In this document: positions 38,044 through 48,015 of the stretch, piece by piece | Layout: the number at the start of each line of letters is the position of its first letter | Numbering within the stretch: the stretch's first letter is position 1 | Assembly: GCA_963741955.1 (NCBI GenBank) | Contig: CAVUKB010000004.1 | Location: 641,194 to 705,193, forward strand | Length of the DNA stretch: 64,000 nt | Direction of reading: 5' to 3' | Origin: an uncultured Acidobacteriota bacterium | Lineage (GTDB): Bacteria; Acidobacteriota; Thermoanaerobaculia; Gp7-AA8 | The notes under the pieces: generated by a model | Database searches by the model: none | Seen by the model: the letters and a program-made list of their open reading frames with translations, nothing else | Told to the model about the DNA's origin: nothing | Position numbers and translations under genes: made by a program

Positions 38044-39562
38044 CATGTTCAACATCAACCGAAAGAGCTCCGGGTCACGGAAGCCGAAAGAAAGACGGTT
38101 CGGGTTCCTTCGGAACGTCGTATGGATCGGAGTCGGGATCGTGATCGCCCTCTTTCTCATCGCCGATCCGCTGAAGATCAATCCGTTCCACGACTGGCTG
38201 TACAGGTTGCACGGCGAAAATCCCGAGACCGGGGCATCGGCGAGCGCGCAGTCGGGCGAACGGAAGATCCTCTTTTACCGGAACCCGATGAACCCGACCA
38301 TCACCTCGCCGCGGCCGATGAAGGACGAGATGGGAATGGATTACGTCCCGGTGTATGCGGACGACGCGAGCCAGGGGAGCGGGAAAGCGTCGGGTGAACG
38401 GAAGATCCTCTTCTACCGGAATCCGATGAACCCGACCATCACCTCTCCGAAACCGATGAAGGACGAGATGGGGATGGACTACGTCCCGGTCTACGCCGAC
38501 GAGGCGAACGATGCGGCGGATGGTTCGACGGTGAAGATCGATCCGGCAACCGTGCAGAACATGAACGTGCAGGTACAGACGGTCGCGCTGCGCGACGTCA
38601 CGCATCAGGTGCGCACAGTCGGTACGCTCGACTACGACCCGCAGAACGTGGTCACCGTGACCACGAAGTACTCCGGCTACATCGAGAAAGTCTACGTGAA
38701 CTACATCGGCGAGAACGTTCGGCGCGGCCAGGCGCTCTTCGAGATCTACTCCCCGGAGCTGGTTCAGACGCAGCAGGAGCTTCTCTCCGCGGTTTCTTTC
38801 GCAAAGAGGATGGCCAATGCGTCCGACGACGCGCGCGGCCAGGCGAACGCGTTGGTCGAAGCGGCGCGCACGCGCCTCGGCTACTGGGACATCTCGCCGA
38901 GACAGATCGCCCGGATCGAAAAGAGCGGGACACCGATCCGGACCCTGACCGTGGTGTCGCCCACCACCGGAATGGTCATCCAGAGGATGGAGGGAATGGA
39001 AGGGATGGCGGCGAAAGCGGGGATGCAGCTCTTTCAGATCGCGAATCTCTCGTCCCTCTGGGTGTCGGTGCAGGCATTCGAGAATCAGCTGCCGTGGCTT
39101 CGTGCCGGAAGCGAGGCGACGATGCAGCTGCAGGCGTTTCCGGGCGAGACGTTTCACGGAAAGGTTCGGTACATCGAGCCGCAAGTCTCGGAAAAGACTC
39201 GTACCCTCAACCTTCGCATCGAAGTTCCGAACCGCGATGGAAAGTTGCGTCCCGGGATGTACGCCACGGTGACCTTCGCGCCCGTCGCGGCGAAGAACGC
39301 CATCACCGTTCCGACGCTCGCAGTGCTCCGGACAGGAGAGCGCAACGTGGTGATCGTCGCCGACGGGAACGGCCGGTTCACTCCGCGGGAGGTGAAGCTC
39401 GGCGCCGAGGGTGACGGTTACGTTCAGGTGCTCTCGGGATTGCAGGCCGGAGAGACGGTGGTCACGTCATCGCAGTTCCTGATCGACTCCGAATCGAACC
39501 TGCAGGAGGCGATTCAGAAGATGGTTGCCACGAAATCGAACGGAGGCGGCCATGCTGAATAA
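38036..39562 (+). CDS. cusB: CusB-like RND periplasmic adaptor with two heavy-metal-binding repeats
   Basis: 2x YRNPMNPTITSPxPMKDEMGMDYVP; YSPEL; LRPGMY; FLIDSESNL. Confidence 0.9.
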   Translation: MTDMFNINRKSSGSRKPKERRFGFLRNVVWIGVGIVIALFLIADPLKINPFHDWLYRLHGENPETGASASAQSGERKILFYRNPMNPTITSPRPMKDEMGMDYVPVYADDASQGSGKASGERKILFYRNPMNPTITSPKPMKDEMGMDYVPVYADEANDAADGSTVKIDPATVQNMNVQVQTVALRDVTHQVRTVGTLDYDPQNVVTVTTKYSGYIEKVYVNYIGENVRRGQALFEIYSPELVQTQQELLSAVSFAKRMANASDDARGQANALVEAARTRLGYWDISPRQIARIEKSGTPIRTLTVVSPTTGMVIQRMEGMEGMAAKAGMQLFQIANLSSLWVSVQAFENQLPWLRAGSEATMQLQAFPGETFHGKVRYIEPQVSEKTRTLNLRIEVPNRDGKLRPGMYATVTFAPVAAKNAITVPTLAVLRTGERNVVIVADGNGRFTPREVKLGAEGDGYVQVLSGLQAGETVVTSSQFLIDSESNLQEAIQKMVATKSNGGGHAE

Positions 39563-42500
39563 GCTCATCGAATGGTCGCTTCGCAATCAGTTTCTGATGG
39601 TCATCGCGCTTCTGTTCGCGATCGTGGGCGGAGTGTGGGCGATCAAGACGACTCGGCTCGATGCGATCCCCGACGTCTCCGACGTTCAGGTCATCATCTA
39701 CACGCAATACCCGGGGCAGGCACCGCGAGTGGTCGAAGATCAGGTCACGTATCCGATCACCACGAAGATGCTCGCCGTTCCTTACGCGAAAGTCGTCCGC
39801 GGCTACTCCTTTTTCGGCTATTCGTTCGTCTATGTCATCTTCGAGGACGGAACGGACCTCTACTGGGCGCGATCGCGAGTGCTGGAGTACCTCTCCGGAC
39901 TCAGCTCACAATTGCCTCAGGGCGTCTCGCCTCAGCTCGGGCCGGATGCGACCGGCGTCGGATGGGCGTTCATGTACACCCTCAATTCGCCGATACGCTC
40001 ACTGGCCGAACTGCGCAGCATCCAGGACTGGTATCTCAAGTACGGCCTGACGTCGGTCGACGGCGTCTCTGAAGTCGCGTCGATCGGAGGGTTCGTCCGC
40101 CAGTATCAGGTCGAGGTCGACCCGGTGAAGCTTCGCGCATACGGAATCCCGCTGCAGAAGGTGAAGATGGCCATCCAGCGGTCGAACAACGACGTCGGCG
40201 GCCGGGTGGTGGAGATGGCGGAAAAGGAGTTCATGGTCCGCGGCCTCGGCTACATCAAGGACGTCAAAGATCTCCAGAACGTGGTGCTCGGCATCGGGCC
40301 GGGCGGAACACCGATTCTGATCAGGGATGTCGGGAACGTCACCATCGGACCGGAGATCCGGCGCGGCATCGCCGACTGGAACGGAGAAGGGGAGACGGTG
40401 GGGGGCGTGGTCATCGTCCGATCGGGCGCCGACACGCTGTCGACGATCCAGAAGGTCAAGGAAAAGCTCGCCGAGATGAAGGTGGGAATGCCGAAGGACG
40501 TGACGATCTCCGTGGCGTACGACCGGACCGCCCTGATCGAGCGATCGATCCACACCCTCACGCACACGCTGCTCGAGGAGTCGCTGATCGTCGCGCTTGT
40601 CTGCATCGTCTTTCTCTTCCACTTCCGCTCCGCGCTGGTGGCGATTCTCTCGATTCCCGTCTCCATCCTTCTCGCCTTCATCGTGATGAGGTTGCAGGGA
40701 CTCGGGGCGAACATCATGTCTCTCGGGGGGATCGCGATATCGATCGGCGTTCTGGTCGATGCGGCGATCATCATGGTGGAGAACGCGCACAAACATTACG
40801 AGGAGTGGAAGGGGAAACGTTCTCACTTCGAGATCATCCTCCGGTCGGCCCAGGAGGTCGGTCCGACCCTCTTCTTCACCCTCCTCGTGATCACCGTGTC
40901 GTTCATACCGATCTTCACCCTGCAGTCGCAGGAAGGAAGGATGTTCAAGCCCCTGGCATTCACCAAGACTTATGCCATGGGAATGTCGGCGATCCTGTCG
41001 GTCACCGTGGTTCCGGTCCTGATGTACTGGTTCGTGCGGGGGAAGATCCACAGTGAAGAGAGGCATCCGGTCTCCAGGATCCTGATCCGGCTGTACACGC
41101 CGCTGCTGGAGTTCTCCATCCGCTGGCGCTGGCCGATCGTGATCTCGAGCATTCTGATCGTCATGGCCACATGGATTCCGATGAGAAAGATGGGATCGGA
41201 GTTCATGCCTCCGCTCTGGGAAGGCGACATACTCTACATGCCGACGACCTTTCCGGGGATCTCGACCACCAAGGCGAAACAGGTCCTGCAGCAGACGGAC
41301 AAGATCCTGAAGACGTTTCCCGAGGTGAAGTCGGTCTTTGGAAAGATCGGTCGTGCGGATACCGCGACCGACCCGGCGCCCCTCTCGATGATCGAGACGA
41401 CTGTGGTGCTCAAGGATCCGTCCGAATGGCGGCCCGGAATGACCAAGGACAAGCTGGTCGACGAGATGGACGAGGCCATCCATTTCCCGGGCGTGACCAA
41501 CGCCTGGACCATGCCGATCAAGACCCGGATCGACATGCTGTCGACCGGCATCAAGACGCCCGTCGGGATCAAGATCGCCGGCCCCGATCTCGCGGAGCTT
41601 CAACGGATCGGCAAGGAAGTGGAGGCCGCGGTGAAACCGCTGAAAGGAACTCTTTCAGCGTACGCGGAGCGGTCGATGGGGGGGAACTACCTCGACTTCA
41701 AGATCGATCGCGATGCCGCGGCTCGATACGGGATGAACGTCGGCGACATTGAAGACGTGATCCAGTCGGCAGTGGGCGGTATGAACGTCGGTTACACCGT
41801 GGAAGGACTGGAGCGTTATCCGATCAACGTCCGGTACCCGCGCGAGCTGCGAGACAGTGCGGATAAGCTGCGCGAGACGCTGGTGGCCACCCCGACCGGG
41901 ATGCAGGTCCCTCTGGGGCAGATGGCGACCATCGACGTCCACCAGGGACCTCCCGCGATCAAATCCGAGAACGCGAGGCCGAATGCGTGGGTCTATGTCG
42001 ATCTCCGGGGAATCGACGTCGGTACATGGGTCGAGCATGCGCAGAAGGTCCTCAAAGAGAAAGTCGTGCTCCCGCCCGGCTACACCATCTTCTGGTCCGG
42101 ACAATACGAGTACATGCAGCACGCGAAGGCACGGCTGAAGATGATCATCCCGATCACGCTTCTGCTGATCTTCATCATTCTCTATTTCAATACGAAGTCG
42201 GTGGCGAAGACCGCGATCGTTCTCTTCGCGGTTCCGCTGTCGGTGGTCGGCTCGGTGTGGTTCCTCTACGCACTCCATTACAACTGGTCCATCGCTGTGT
42301 GGGTCGGCTTCATCGCGCTCTCGGGACTCGCGGCAGAGACCGGCGTGGTGATGCTGCTGTACCTCGACATCGCGTACGAGCGGTGGAAGTTGAAGGGAAA
42401 GATGGCATCGTTCGCCGATCTCGCGGAAGCGGTCGAGGAGGGAGCAGTGAAGAGGATCCGGCCGAAGATGATGACCATCATGGCGATTCTTCTCTCCCTG

Positions 42501-42737
42501 GTTCCGATCATGTGGTCGACCGGAACCGGATCGGACGTCATGCGGCGCATCGCAGCTCCGATGATCGGTGGCGTCATCACCTCCTTCATGGGTGAGCTGA
42601 TCGTCTTTCCGGCGATCTATTTCATCTGGCGCTCGATCAAACTGGAGAAGAGTCCACTCTTCCCGTCGCAGGAGGAGCTGGAAGAAGACGAGGACGGGCC
42701 TCTGTCACTCGAAGGAGGGAGCTATGAAACTCCTTAA
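39552..42737 (+). CDS. cusA: CusA family Cu/Ag RND efflux transporter
   Basis: DAIPDVSDVQV, LGPDATGVGW, GSEFMP, TDPAPLSMIET, RIDMLSTG, RIRPKMMT. Confidence 0.95.
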   Translation: MLNKLIEWSLRNQFLMVIALLFAIVGGVWAIKTTRLDAIPDVSDVQVIIYTQYPGQAPRVVEDQVTYPITTKMLAVPYAKVVRGYSFFGYSFVYVIFEDGTDLYWARSRVLEYLSGLSSQLPQGVSPQLGPDATGVGWAFMYTLNSPIRSLAELRSIQDWYLKYGLTSVDGVSEVASIGGFVRQYQVEVDPVKLRAYGIPLQKVKMAIQRSNNDVGGRVVEMAEKEFMVRGLGYIKDVKDLQNVVLGIGPGGTPILIRDVGNVTIGPEIRRGIADWNGEGETVGGVVIVRSGADTLSTIQKVKEKLAEMKVGMPKDVTISVAYDRTALIERSIHTLTHTLLEESLIVALVCIVFLFHFRSALVAILSIPVSILLAFIVMRLQGLGANIMSLGGIAISIGVLVDAAIIMVENAHKHYEEWKGKRSHFEIILRSAQEVGPTLFFTLLVITVSFIPIFTLQSQEGRMFKPLAFTKTYAMGMSAILSVTVVPVLMYWFVRGKIHSEERHPVSRILIRLYTPLLEFSIRWRWPIVISSILIVMATWIPMRKMGSEFMPPLWEGDILYMPTTFPGISTTKAKQVLQQTDKILKTFPEVKSVFGKIGRADTATDPAPLSMIETTVVLKDPSEWRPGMTKDKLVDEMDEAIHFPGVTNAWTMPIKTRIDMLSTGIKTPVGIKIAGPDLAELQRIGKEVEAAVKPLKGTLSAYAERSMGGNYLDFKIDRDAAARYGMNVGDIEDVIQSAVGGMNVGYTVEGLERYPINVRYPRELRDSADKLRETLVATPTGMQVPLGQMATIDVHQGPPAIKSENARPNAWVYVDLRGIDVGTWVEHAQKVLKEKVVLPPGYTIFWSGQYEYMQHAKARLKMIIPITLLLIFIILYFNTKSVAKTAIVLFAVPLSVVGSVWFLYALHYNWSIAVWVGFIALSGLAAETGVVMLLYLDIAYERWKLKGKMASFADLAEAVEEGAVKRIRPKMMTIMAILLSLVPIMWSTGTGSDVMRRIAAPMIGGVITSFMGELIVFPAIYFIWRSIKLEKSPLFPSQEELEEDEDGPLSLEGGSYETP

Positions 42738-43086
42738 AGCGTTCGTCCGGATGAGCCGGGCGGATGAAATCGTGCGTGCTCTCGAGCGGGGGCATGCAGC
42801 GGGCATCACGATCTCGCGGGTGCACGGAGTGGGGTACGGCTACGACGCCTTCTCCTTCACGCTCTCGCCGAGTGAAGTTCACAAGACGCCGGAAGTGGCG
42901 AAGATCGAAGTGGTGTGCGACGACGACGCGAGCGATCGGTTGGTCCGGTGCATCGTCGAAGCAGGACGTACGGGTTCGCAGGGGGACGGAATCGTCTTCG
43001 TCGAGAACGTCGAACGGGCAGTGAAGATCAGAACCGGGGCCGAGGGCCTCGAGGCAATCAAAACCGAAAAGGAGAGTGTGTCATGA
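42724..43086 (+). CDS. P-II family protein linked to metal efflux
   Basis: GITISRVHGVG, RTGSQGDGIVFV, VKIRTG; no canonical T-loop YRGAEY. Confidence 0.88.
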   Translation: MKLLKAFVRMSRADEIVRALERGHAAGITISRVHGVGYGYDAFSFTLSPSEVHKTPEVAKIEVVCDDDASDRLVRCIVEAGRTGSQGDGIVFVENVERAVKIRTGAEGLEAIKTEKESVS

Positions 43087-43583
43087 AGAGAGTCGTCATT
43101 GTAGTTGCACTGGTCGCGCTGGCGCTGGGCGCCGTACCGCTTTTCGCAGCGGACGCGAATGCGTACCAGGCATTGTCGAAACATTACGAAGCGATGCGTC
43201 AGGCGTTGCTGCACGATGGAACCAAAGGCGTGAGTGAGCACGCGCTGGCATTCGAGAAGATATCGGACCAGCTACAGGCCGGGTTCTCCGCGGAGAAGGC
43301 GGGCATCAGGGCGGATCAGAAGGCCGATCTGATGAAGATCCTCCCGGACCTCTCGAAGGCGGCTTCGGACATGGCCGCGACGAAGGACCTCGATGCAGCG
43401 CGCGAGGCTTTCGTGGCGTTCAGTGTACCGATGGTGAAGTACCGGAATCTGGTCGGTGACAGCAGCTCCGCCGTGGTCTATTGCTCGATGAAAAAGAAGA
43501 CCTGGGTCCAGCCGAAGGGGGAGATCGGTAATCCTTACCTCGGACAGAAGATGGCCACCTGCGGCCAGATCGTGTCGAACTGA
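43083..43583 (+). CDS. DUF3347-like periplasmic protein
   Basis: Signal peptide; AREAF, YCSM, WVQ, IGNPYLGQKMATCG. Confidence 0.8.
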   Translation: MKRVVIVVALVALALGAVPLFAADANAYQALSKHYEAMRQALLHDGTKGVSEHALAFEKISDQLQAGFSAEKAGIRADQKADLMKILPDLSKAASDMAATKDLDAAREAFVAFSVPMVKYRNLVGDSSSAVVYCSMKKKTWVQPKGEIGNPYLGQKMATCGQIVSN

Positions 43584-43680
43584 AGACGTCAAGGCTTGTG
43601 CGGCGTCGCCCCGCCGCACCGCCGCATCGAATGACGGGCGAAAGAGGAGGCGCGCGGCAGGCGCGCCGAAAGAACGGACT

Positions 43681-44586
43681 ATGAAGAACGAACTGAATCG
43701 ACGCTCCCTGACGGCTCTGGTTGCTGGTGTCGTCCTCACGCTCTCGATTTCGATCCCCGCGTTTGCACACGGTGGTGGAACCAACGGGACTCCCCAGGGT
43801 CCCGTGAACATGTTCTCGGGTGTGCTCGTCGCTCCGGCCGCGGGACGGGGCCCGGGTGCGCACGACTCGATGTGGATAACCGACCTCTGGGTTCGCGGTG
43901 AAGTCGGAGACGTGGTCACCCTCGAGTTCCATCAGATGGACGCAGGGTCCTCGGACCCGACTGCGACGGCCTCCCTCACTCTGACCCAGCCGGTGGTCTA
44001 CCTTCCCGACGTGCTGCAGAAGGAATTCGGTCTCGACGGCGGGTTCGGAAACATCGTGATCCGCTCCAACGGCGGTCACGGGATCAGCGGGACCATCCGC
44101 ACGTTCGACGCTTCGGAGAACGGCACGTACGGCTCCGCGTTCATGGCCATGCCTTCGAATATGGGGATGGGTTCCTACGGCGGCATGATGGACGACGACC
44201 GCGAAGAGCACCGGATGTACGTCCAGGGGCTCCTCCCGCAGCCGCAGGCCCGGGTCAACGTGGTGGTGACGAATCCCGGCGACCAGAAGATCGAAGGAAC
44301 TCTCGAGGTGATCGACGCGGACGGCGGTGACCCCGCCACCGGAGCGAAGAGCTTCCCGTTCACGATCGAGGGCTATTCGGCCCATCAGTTCAACGACGTC
44401 CTCGCGGGCGTTCACAGCCGCTTCGGAAACGACGCCGGTCTGCAGCTCATGGTCGAGCTCCAGGACGGCACTCCCGGCATGATGATGGTTCTGGCATCGG
44501 TGGTCGACAACCAGACCAACGACGCATACACGGTGATGGGAAACATGATGTGGTCGGGCGGCATGGGCGGCGGAATGATGCCCTGA
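43681..44586 (+). CDS. Hypothetical exported Met-rich protein
   Basis: Signal peptide ending AFA-H; APAAGRGPGAHDSMWITDL and ASVVDNQTND; Met/Gly tail. Confidence 0.8.
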   Translation: MKNELNRRSLTALVAGVVLTLSISIPAFAHGGGTNGTPQGPVNMFSGVLVAPAAGRGPGAHDSMWITDLWVRGEVGDVVTLEFHQMDAGSSDPTATASLTLTQPVVYLPDVLQKEFGLDGGFGNIVIRSNGGHGISGTIRTFDASENGTYGSAFMAMPSNMGMGSYGGMMDDDREEHRMYVQGLLPQPQARVNVVVTNPGDQKIEGTLEVIDADGGDPATGAKSFPFTIEGYSAHQFNDVLAGVHSRFGNDAGLQLMVELQDGTPGMMMVLASVVDNQTNDAYTVMGNMMWSGGMGGGMMP

Positions 44587-44646
44587 CCCGGCCGGAGTCG
44601 AGCGTCGGGAAATCTCCCGTTCCCGGCGCTCATCAAAGGAGAGTCG

Positions 44647-45123
44647 ATGAAACGAGATCTGACGATGTTCGCAGTGCTGCTTCTCGCCATCCCTGCGCTC
44701 GCACTTGCCTCGGAAGGGCATCCCGGACATCCTGCGGCGTCCGGGAAAATGGTGTTCAACGACGTTGCAAAACAGACCGCGGAGTTCATGGGCTACGACA
44801 AGATCCTGAAGCTCACCGCTGAACAGGAGAAGGTGCGCAGAACCGCTCTCGAATCGATTCCTGCGGTCTGCTGCTCACAGTACTCCGCGTATACGTGCTG
44901 TTGCCCCTGCAACTTCTCGAAGACCGTGTGGGGTCTGTCGAAGTACCTGGTCGCGAAGAAGGGTTACAACGTCGCGCAGGTGAAGGAAACGGTGCAGCAG
45001 TGGATCCACTTCGTCAACCCGAGGGGGTTCACCGGTGACGCCTGTTTCACGGACGGCGGCTGCCAGCGTCCGTTCAATCAGAACGGATGCGGAGGGATGA
45101 GCGAGACCGAGATCGTTTTCTGA
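44647..45123 (+). CDS. Exported Cys-rich protein
   Basis: AAAGGAG RBS; signal peptide; PAVCC...TCCCPCN...DACF...GCQRPF...GCGGM. Confidence 0.8.
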   Translation: MKRDLTMFAVLLLAIPALALASEGHPGHPAASGKMVFNDVAKQTAEFMGYDKILKLTAEQEKVRRTALESIPAVCCSQYSAYTCCCPCNFSKTVWGLSKYLVAKKGYNVAQVKETVQQWIHFVNPRGFTGDACFTDGGCQRPFNQNGCGGMSETEIVF

Positions 45124-45215
45124 AGCCGGGAGTGGGGGTTGGCTCATCGGTAGCCGCCCCCCATTCGATCTTTCCACGTGCTCCGAAGCGGAACTGATGC
45201 AGCGAAGGGAGGGAC

Positions 45216-45653
45216 GTGATGCTTCGAATACTTCTCAGTGGCTTGTTCGCAATCTTGCTGGCCGGATCGCTTCCGGCCCAGGTCGGACCCGCGGATCTCG
45301 GCAGAGTGACGCCTCCGCGGATCCAGCGCATCGACCTGCACCCTCAGGAGAAGCTCCAGTTCACCATTCCGAAGCCGAAAGCGGGCGACGCCGCGAGGAC
45401 TTCGGACGAACCCGGAGACTTCTGGTCCATGCTCATGCAGGAGTGCCCGCGTTCCACGGATACGCAGAGAAGCGCGGGAATTGCGAAACGAGGCGCCTCG
45501 CCCCACCTCTCGACCACTGCTGCGGCCGGGACACTTCTCACGCTCTCCAGCTGTCTCGACGCTCGCTCCGCGGCGAGAATCGAGCATTGTGTGAAGGTGA
45601 ACGAAGATGGACGGTTCGCGCTGGTGCGGAACAGGCAGAATTGCAGCTGGTGA
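45216..45653 (+). CDS. Hypothetical exported protein
   Basis: GGAGG RBS and signal-like N-terminus; fills the gap in the operon. Confidence 0.45.
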   Translation: MMLRILLSGLFAILLAGSLPAQVGPADLGRVTPPRIQRIDLHPQEKLQFTIPKPKAGDAARTSDEPGDFWSMLMQECPRSTDTQRSAGIAKRGASPHLSTTAAAGTLLTLSSCLDARSAARIEHCVKVNEDGRFALVRNRQNCSW

Positions 45654-45675
45654 TTCGAATCGGAAGTGAAAGGAG

Positions 45676-46158
45676 ATGTACAGAATGCGTAGTCGATTGA
45701 TCCTCAGTATCACTGCAGCAACAACCATGTTCGCAGCGGTTGCGTTCGCGCAGCCACCGACCACTCCGGCCGTCCCGAAGGAGGCGGCTCCCTCTTCGCA
45801 CGCCGTATCACATGCGATGGAGAAAGGAGGGGAGGGAATGATGCACCACTGCGACATGATGATGTCGCAGCAGGAGATCGCGAAACAGATGGATGCGATG
45901 GATGCGAAGCTCCAGGGTCTGGTCGAGACGATGAACGCGACGACGGGCCCGGCAAGGGTCGATGCGATGGCAGCGGTGGTCAACGAGCTGGTGACGCAAC
46001 GGACGGAGATGCGACGGGCTTTGACTTCGATGCGGCCGATGATGATGCATGGCTCCGGGATGGACAACGAAGGGAAGCCGGGCATGGCCGAGGGGATGAA
46101 GGACTGCCCAATGATGAAGGAGAAGGGGGACGCCCCGTCGATGCCACAGCATCGATGA
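45676..46158 (+). CDS. Met-rich periplasmic helical protein (putative Cu/Ag binder)
   Basis: AAAGGAG RBS; signal peptide; MMHHCDMMM, DCPMM. Confidence 0.78.
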   Translation: MYRMRSRLILSITAATTMFAAVAFAQPPTTPAVPKEAAPSSHAVSHAMEKGGEGMMHHCDMMMSQQEIAKQMDAMDAKLQGLVETMNATTGPARVDAMAAVVNELVTQRTEMRRALTSMRPMMMHGSGMDNEGKPGMAEGMKDCPMMKEKGDAPSMPQHR

Positions 46159-46184
46159 GTTCGATTGGAAGGAAGGAATGTCGG

Positions 46185-46215
46185 GCCGGCAGGCAAGAGT
46201 CTGCCGGCTTTTTTT
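46185..46215 (+). terminator. Intrinsic terminator
   Basis: GCCGGCAGGC-AAGA-GTCTGCCGGC-T7. Confidence 0.85.
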
Positions 46216-46278
46216 CGGGAGGAAACATTCGAGGCGGTGTTACGAAAGGGTTACGGCTCCGGCGGACGCGGAACATAC

Positions 46279-46297
46279 TATACCCCCATACCGTATA
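46279..46297. promoter_or_regulatory. CsoR/RcnR-type operator
   Basis: TATAC-CCCCATACC-GTATA: AT-rich inverted arms around a C-tract. Confidence 0.7.
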
Positions 46298-46380
46298 CAT
46301 CTATAGAGGCCGGCGGTGCGGGGAGGCGGGCGGAGACCGCCGAAAGAGGCAGGAGAAGTCGAGACCGAAAGGAGAACACC

Positions 46381-46929
46381 ATGAAGAGAAAGTATGGATT
46401 GATTGCGATCGTCGTTCTGGCCGCGAGTCTTCTCGTCGGAGGTGCATTCGCACAATCGATGGGTCATATGATGAATCGAACCCCGGACGACCAGGGAAAG
46501 GCGAACAGTGGACAACCGGGCTGGAGCTATCAGCAGATGGTTCAGGCTCACGAGGCGATGCAGAAGAAACTCGATGCGATGGACACCAGACTCGACAAGA
46601 TGGTCGCCGAGATGGACCATGCTAAGGGCGCTGCAAAGATCGACCGGATGGCCGCGGTGATCGACGAGCTGGTCCATCAGCGGCAGACACTCCGGAAGGA
46701 GTGGACCTCGATGATGGGTGGTCAGAACGGAATGATGGGTTACGGCAGCATGGGCCCGGGCATGATGGGCGACGGCATGATGGGCAACGGCATGATGGGC
46801 AACGGCTACGGAATGCACGGGGCGCACATGCAGGGCCGAACGGGCAACGGAACGGCTCAGAATCAGCGGTACGCAAACGGCTCCTGGTGCTGGGGAGAGT
46901 CTCAGCCGCAAAGCGGGTCGAGCCACTGA
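46381..46929 (+). CDS. Met/Gly-rich periplasmic protein, paralog of 45676-46158
   Basis: AAAGGAG RBS; shared core DAMD..L...V..M....G....D.MAAV..ELV.QR; GMMG repeats. Confidence 0.8.
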   Translation: MKRKYGLIAIVVLAASLLVGGAFAQSMGHMMNRTPDDQGKANSGQPGWSYQQMVQAHEAMQKKLDAMDTRLDKMVAEMDHAKGAAKIDRMAAVIDELVHQRQTLRKEWTSMMGGQNGMMGYGSMGPGMMGDGMMGNGMMGNGYGMHGAHMQGRTGNGTAQNQRYANGSWCWGESQPQSGSSH

Positions 46930-47098
46930 CCGCAGTGTGAGTTGCATCCGGCGCGGCGGCCACGAGCGACGCTCTTCGAGCTCCCTCCCTTCGCCTGAGC
47001 GCCGCCGGGCCGGCAGCTCACCCACCAACCTGCATTATTCACGGTACTTCTACTGCGCCACGCGAGGCGAGAAGAGGACGAACCACACGGAGGATCTC

Positions 47099-47305
47099 AT
47101 GAGACACGAGACGACTCACAACCCCGACCACCCCATTGCCGGAAACCAGCTTATCGATCCCGTCTGCGGGATGAACGTTTCGCCCGGCGGTGAGATCTAC
47201 AGCGTCTTCGACGGCGTCCGCTACGAGTTCTGTAGCCAGGGCTGTAAGGCGAAGTTCGACTCCGACCCGAAGGTGCGACAGCTCGAGGGCCCGCAGTTCG
47301 CCTGA
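47099..47305 (+). CDS. YHS-domain protein
   Basis: GGAGG RBS; DPVCGMNV...YEFCSQGCKAKFDSDP. Confidence 0.85.
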   Translation: MRHETTHNPDHPIAGNQLIDPVCGMNVSPGGEIYSVFDGVRYEFCSQGCKAKFDSDPKVRQLEGPQFA

Positions 47306-47463
47306 ACGCGATCCGCGACTGCGTGATCTCGGGTCTTCTGCACGATCCGGAACGCTCGCCGATCTCCCGGGATCCCCGAACCGCTTCGATCGATGCGAGA
47401 GCCCTCCCGGCCATTCTGAGCATAGAATTGCACGGGGGCTTCATCGAATGACGAAAGGAGCGC

Positions 47464-47976
47464 GTGATGAACGACCAACCGAACGCTTCCGGTCCGAGCG
47501 ATCGACAGTCATCGGACGAGTCGAGCCGATCCAGCCGGCGTCGATTTCTGAACTGGTTCCTCGGGACGTCGGTCGGCGCGCTCCTGGTTGCCGCCGCATA
47601 TCCGGTGGTCCGCTATCTGAGTCCGCCGCGCGTTCCGGAATCGACGACGCAGTCGGTCGATGCGGGAGCGACGAACGACGCGAAACTCCTGGCCGATGGT
47701 TTCGAGATCGTTCGTTTCGGTTCCGAACCCGTGATCGTTCTCCGTCTCTCCGATACGGATGTCCGTGCATTCTCCGCGGTCTGTACGCACCTCGGGTGCA
47801 TCGTTTCATTTCGCAAAGAGAAGCAAGTGATCTGGTGCTACTGCCATAACGGGGTCTACGACCTGAACGGGAAGAACATCGCCGGGCCGCCGCCGCGACC
47901 TCTGACCCCTTACCACGTCGAGATGCAGAGAAAGAATCCTTCGGCGCCGGGTGAGATCATTGTGTCGAAAGCGTAA
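47464..47976 (+). CDS. Rieske [2Fe-2S] protein with Tat signal/anchor
   Basis: SRRRFL; CTHLGC and CYCHNG; GPPPRPL. Confidence 0.92.
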   Translation: MMNDQPNASGPSDRQSSDESSRSSRRRFLNWFLGTSVGALLVAAAYPVVRYLSPPRVPESTTQSVDAGATNDAKLLADGFEIVRFGSEPVIVLRLSDTDVRAFSAVCTHLGCIVSFRKEKQVIWCYCHNGVYDLNGKNIAGPPPRPLTPYHVEMQRKNPSAPGEIIVSKA

Positions 47977-48015
47977 TCGTGGAATGGTGCCGGGATTCCT
48001 CGTATTTGCATTTTC

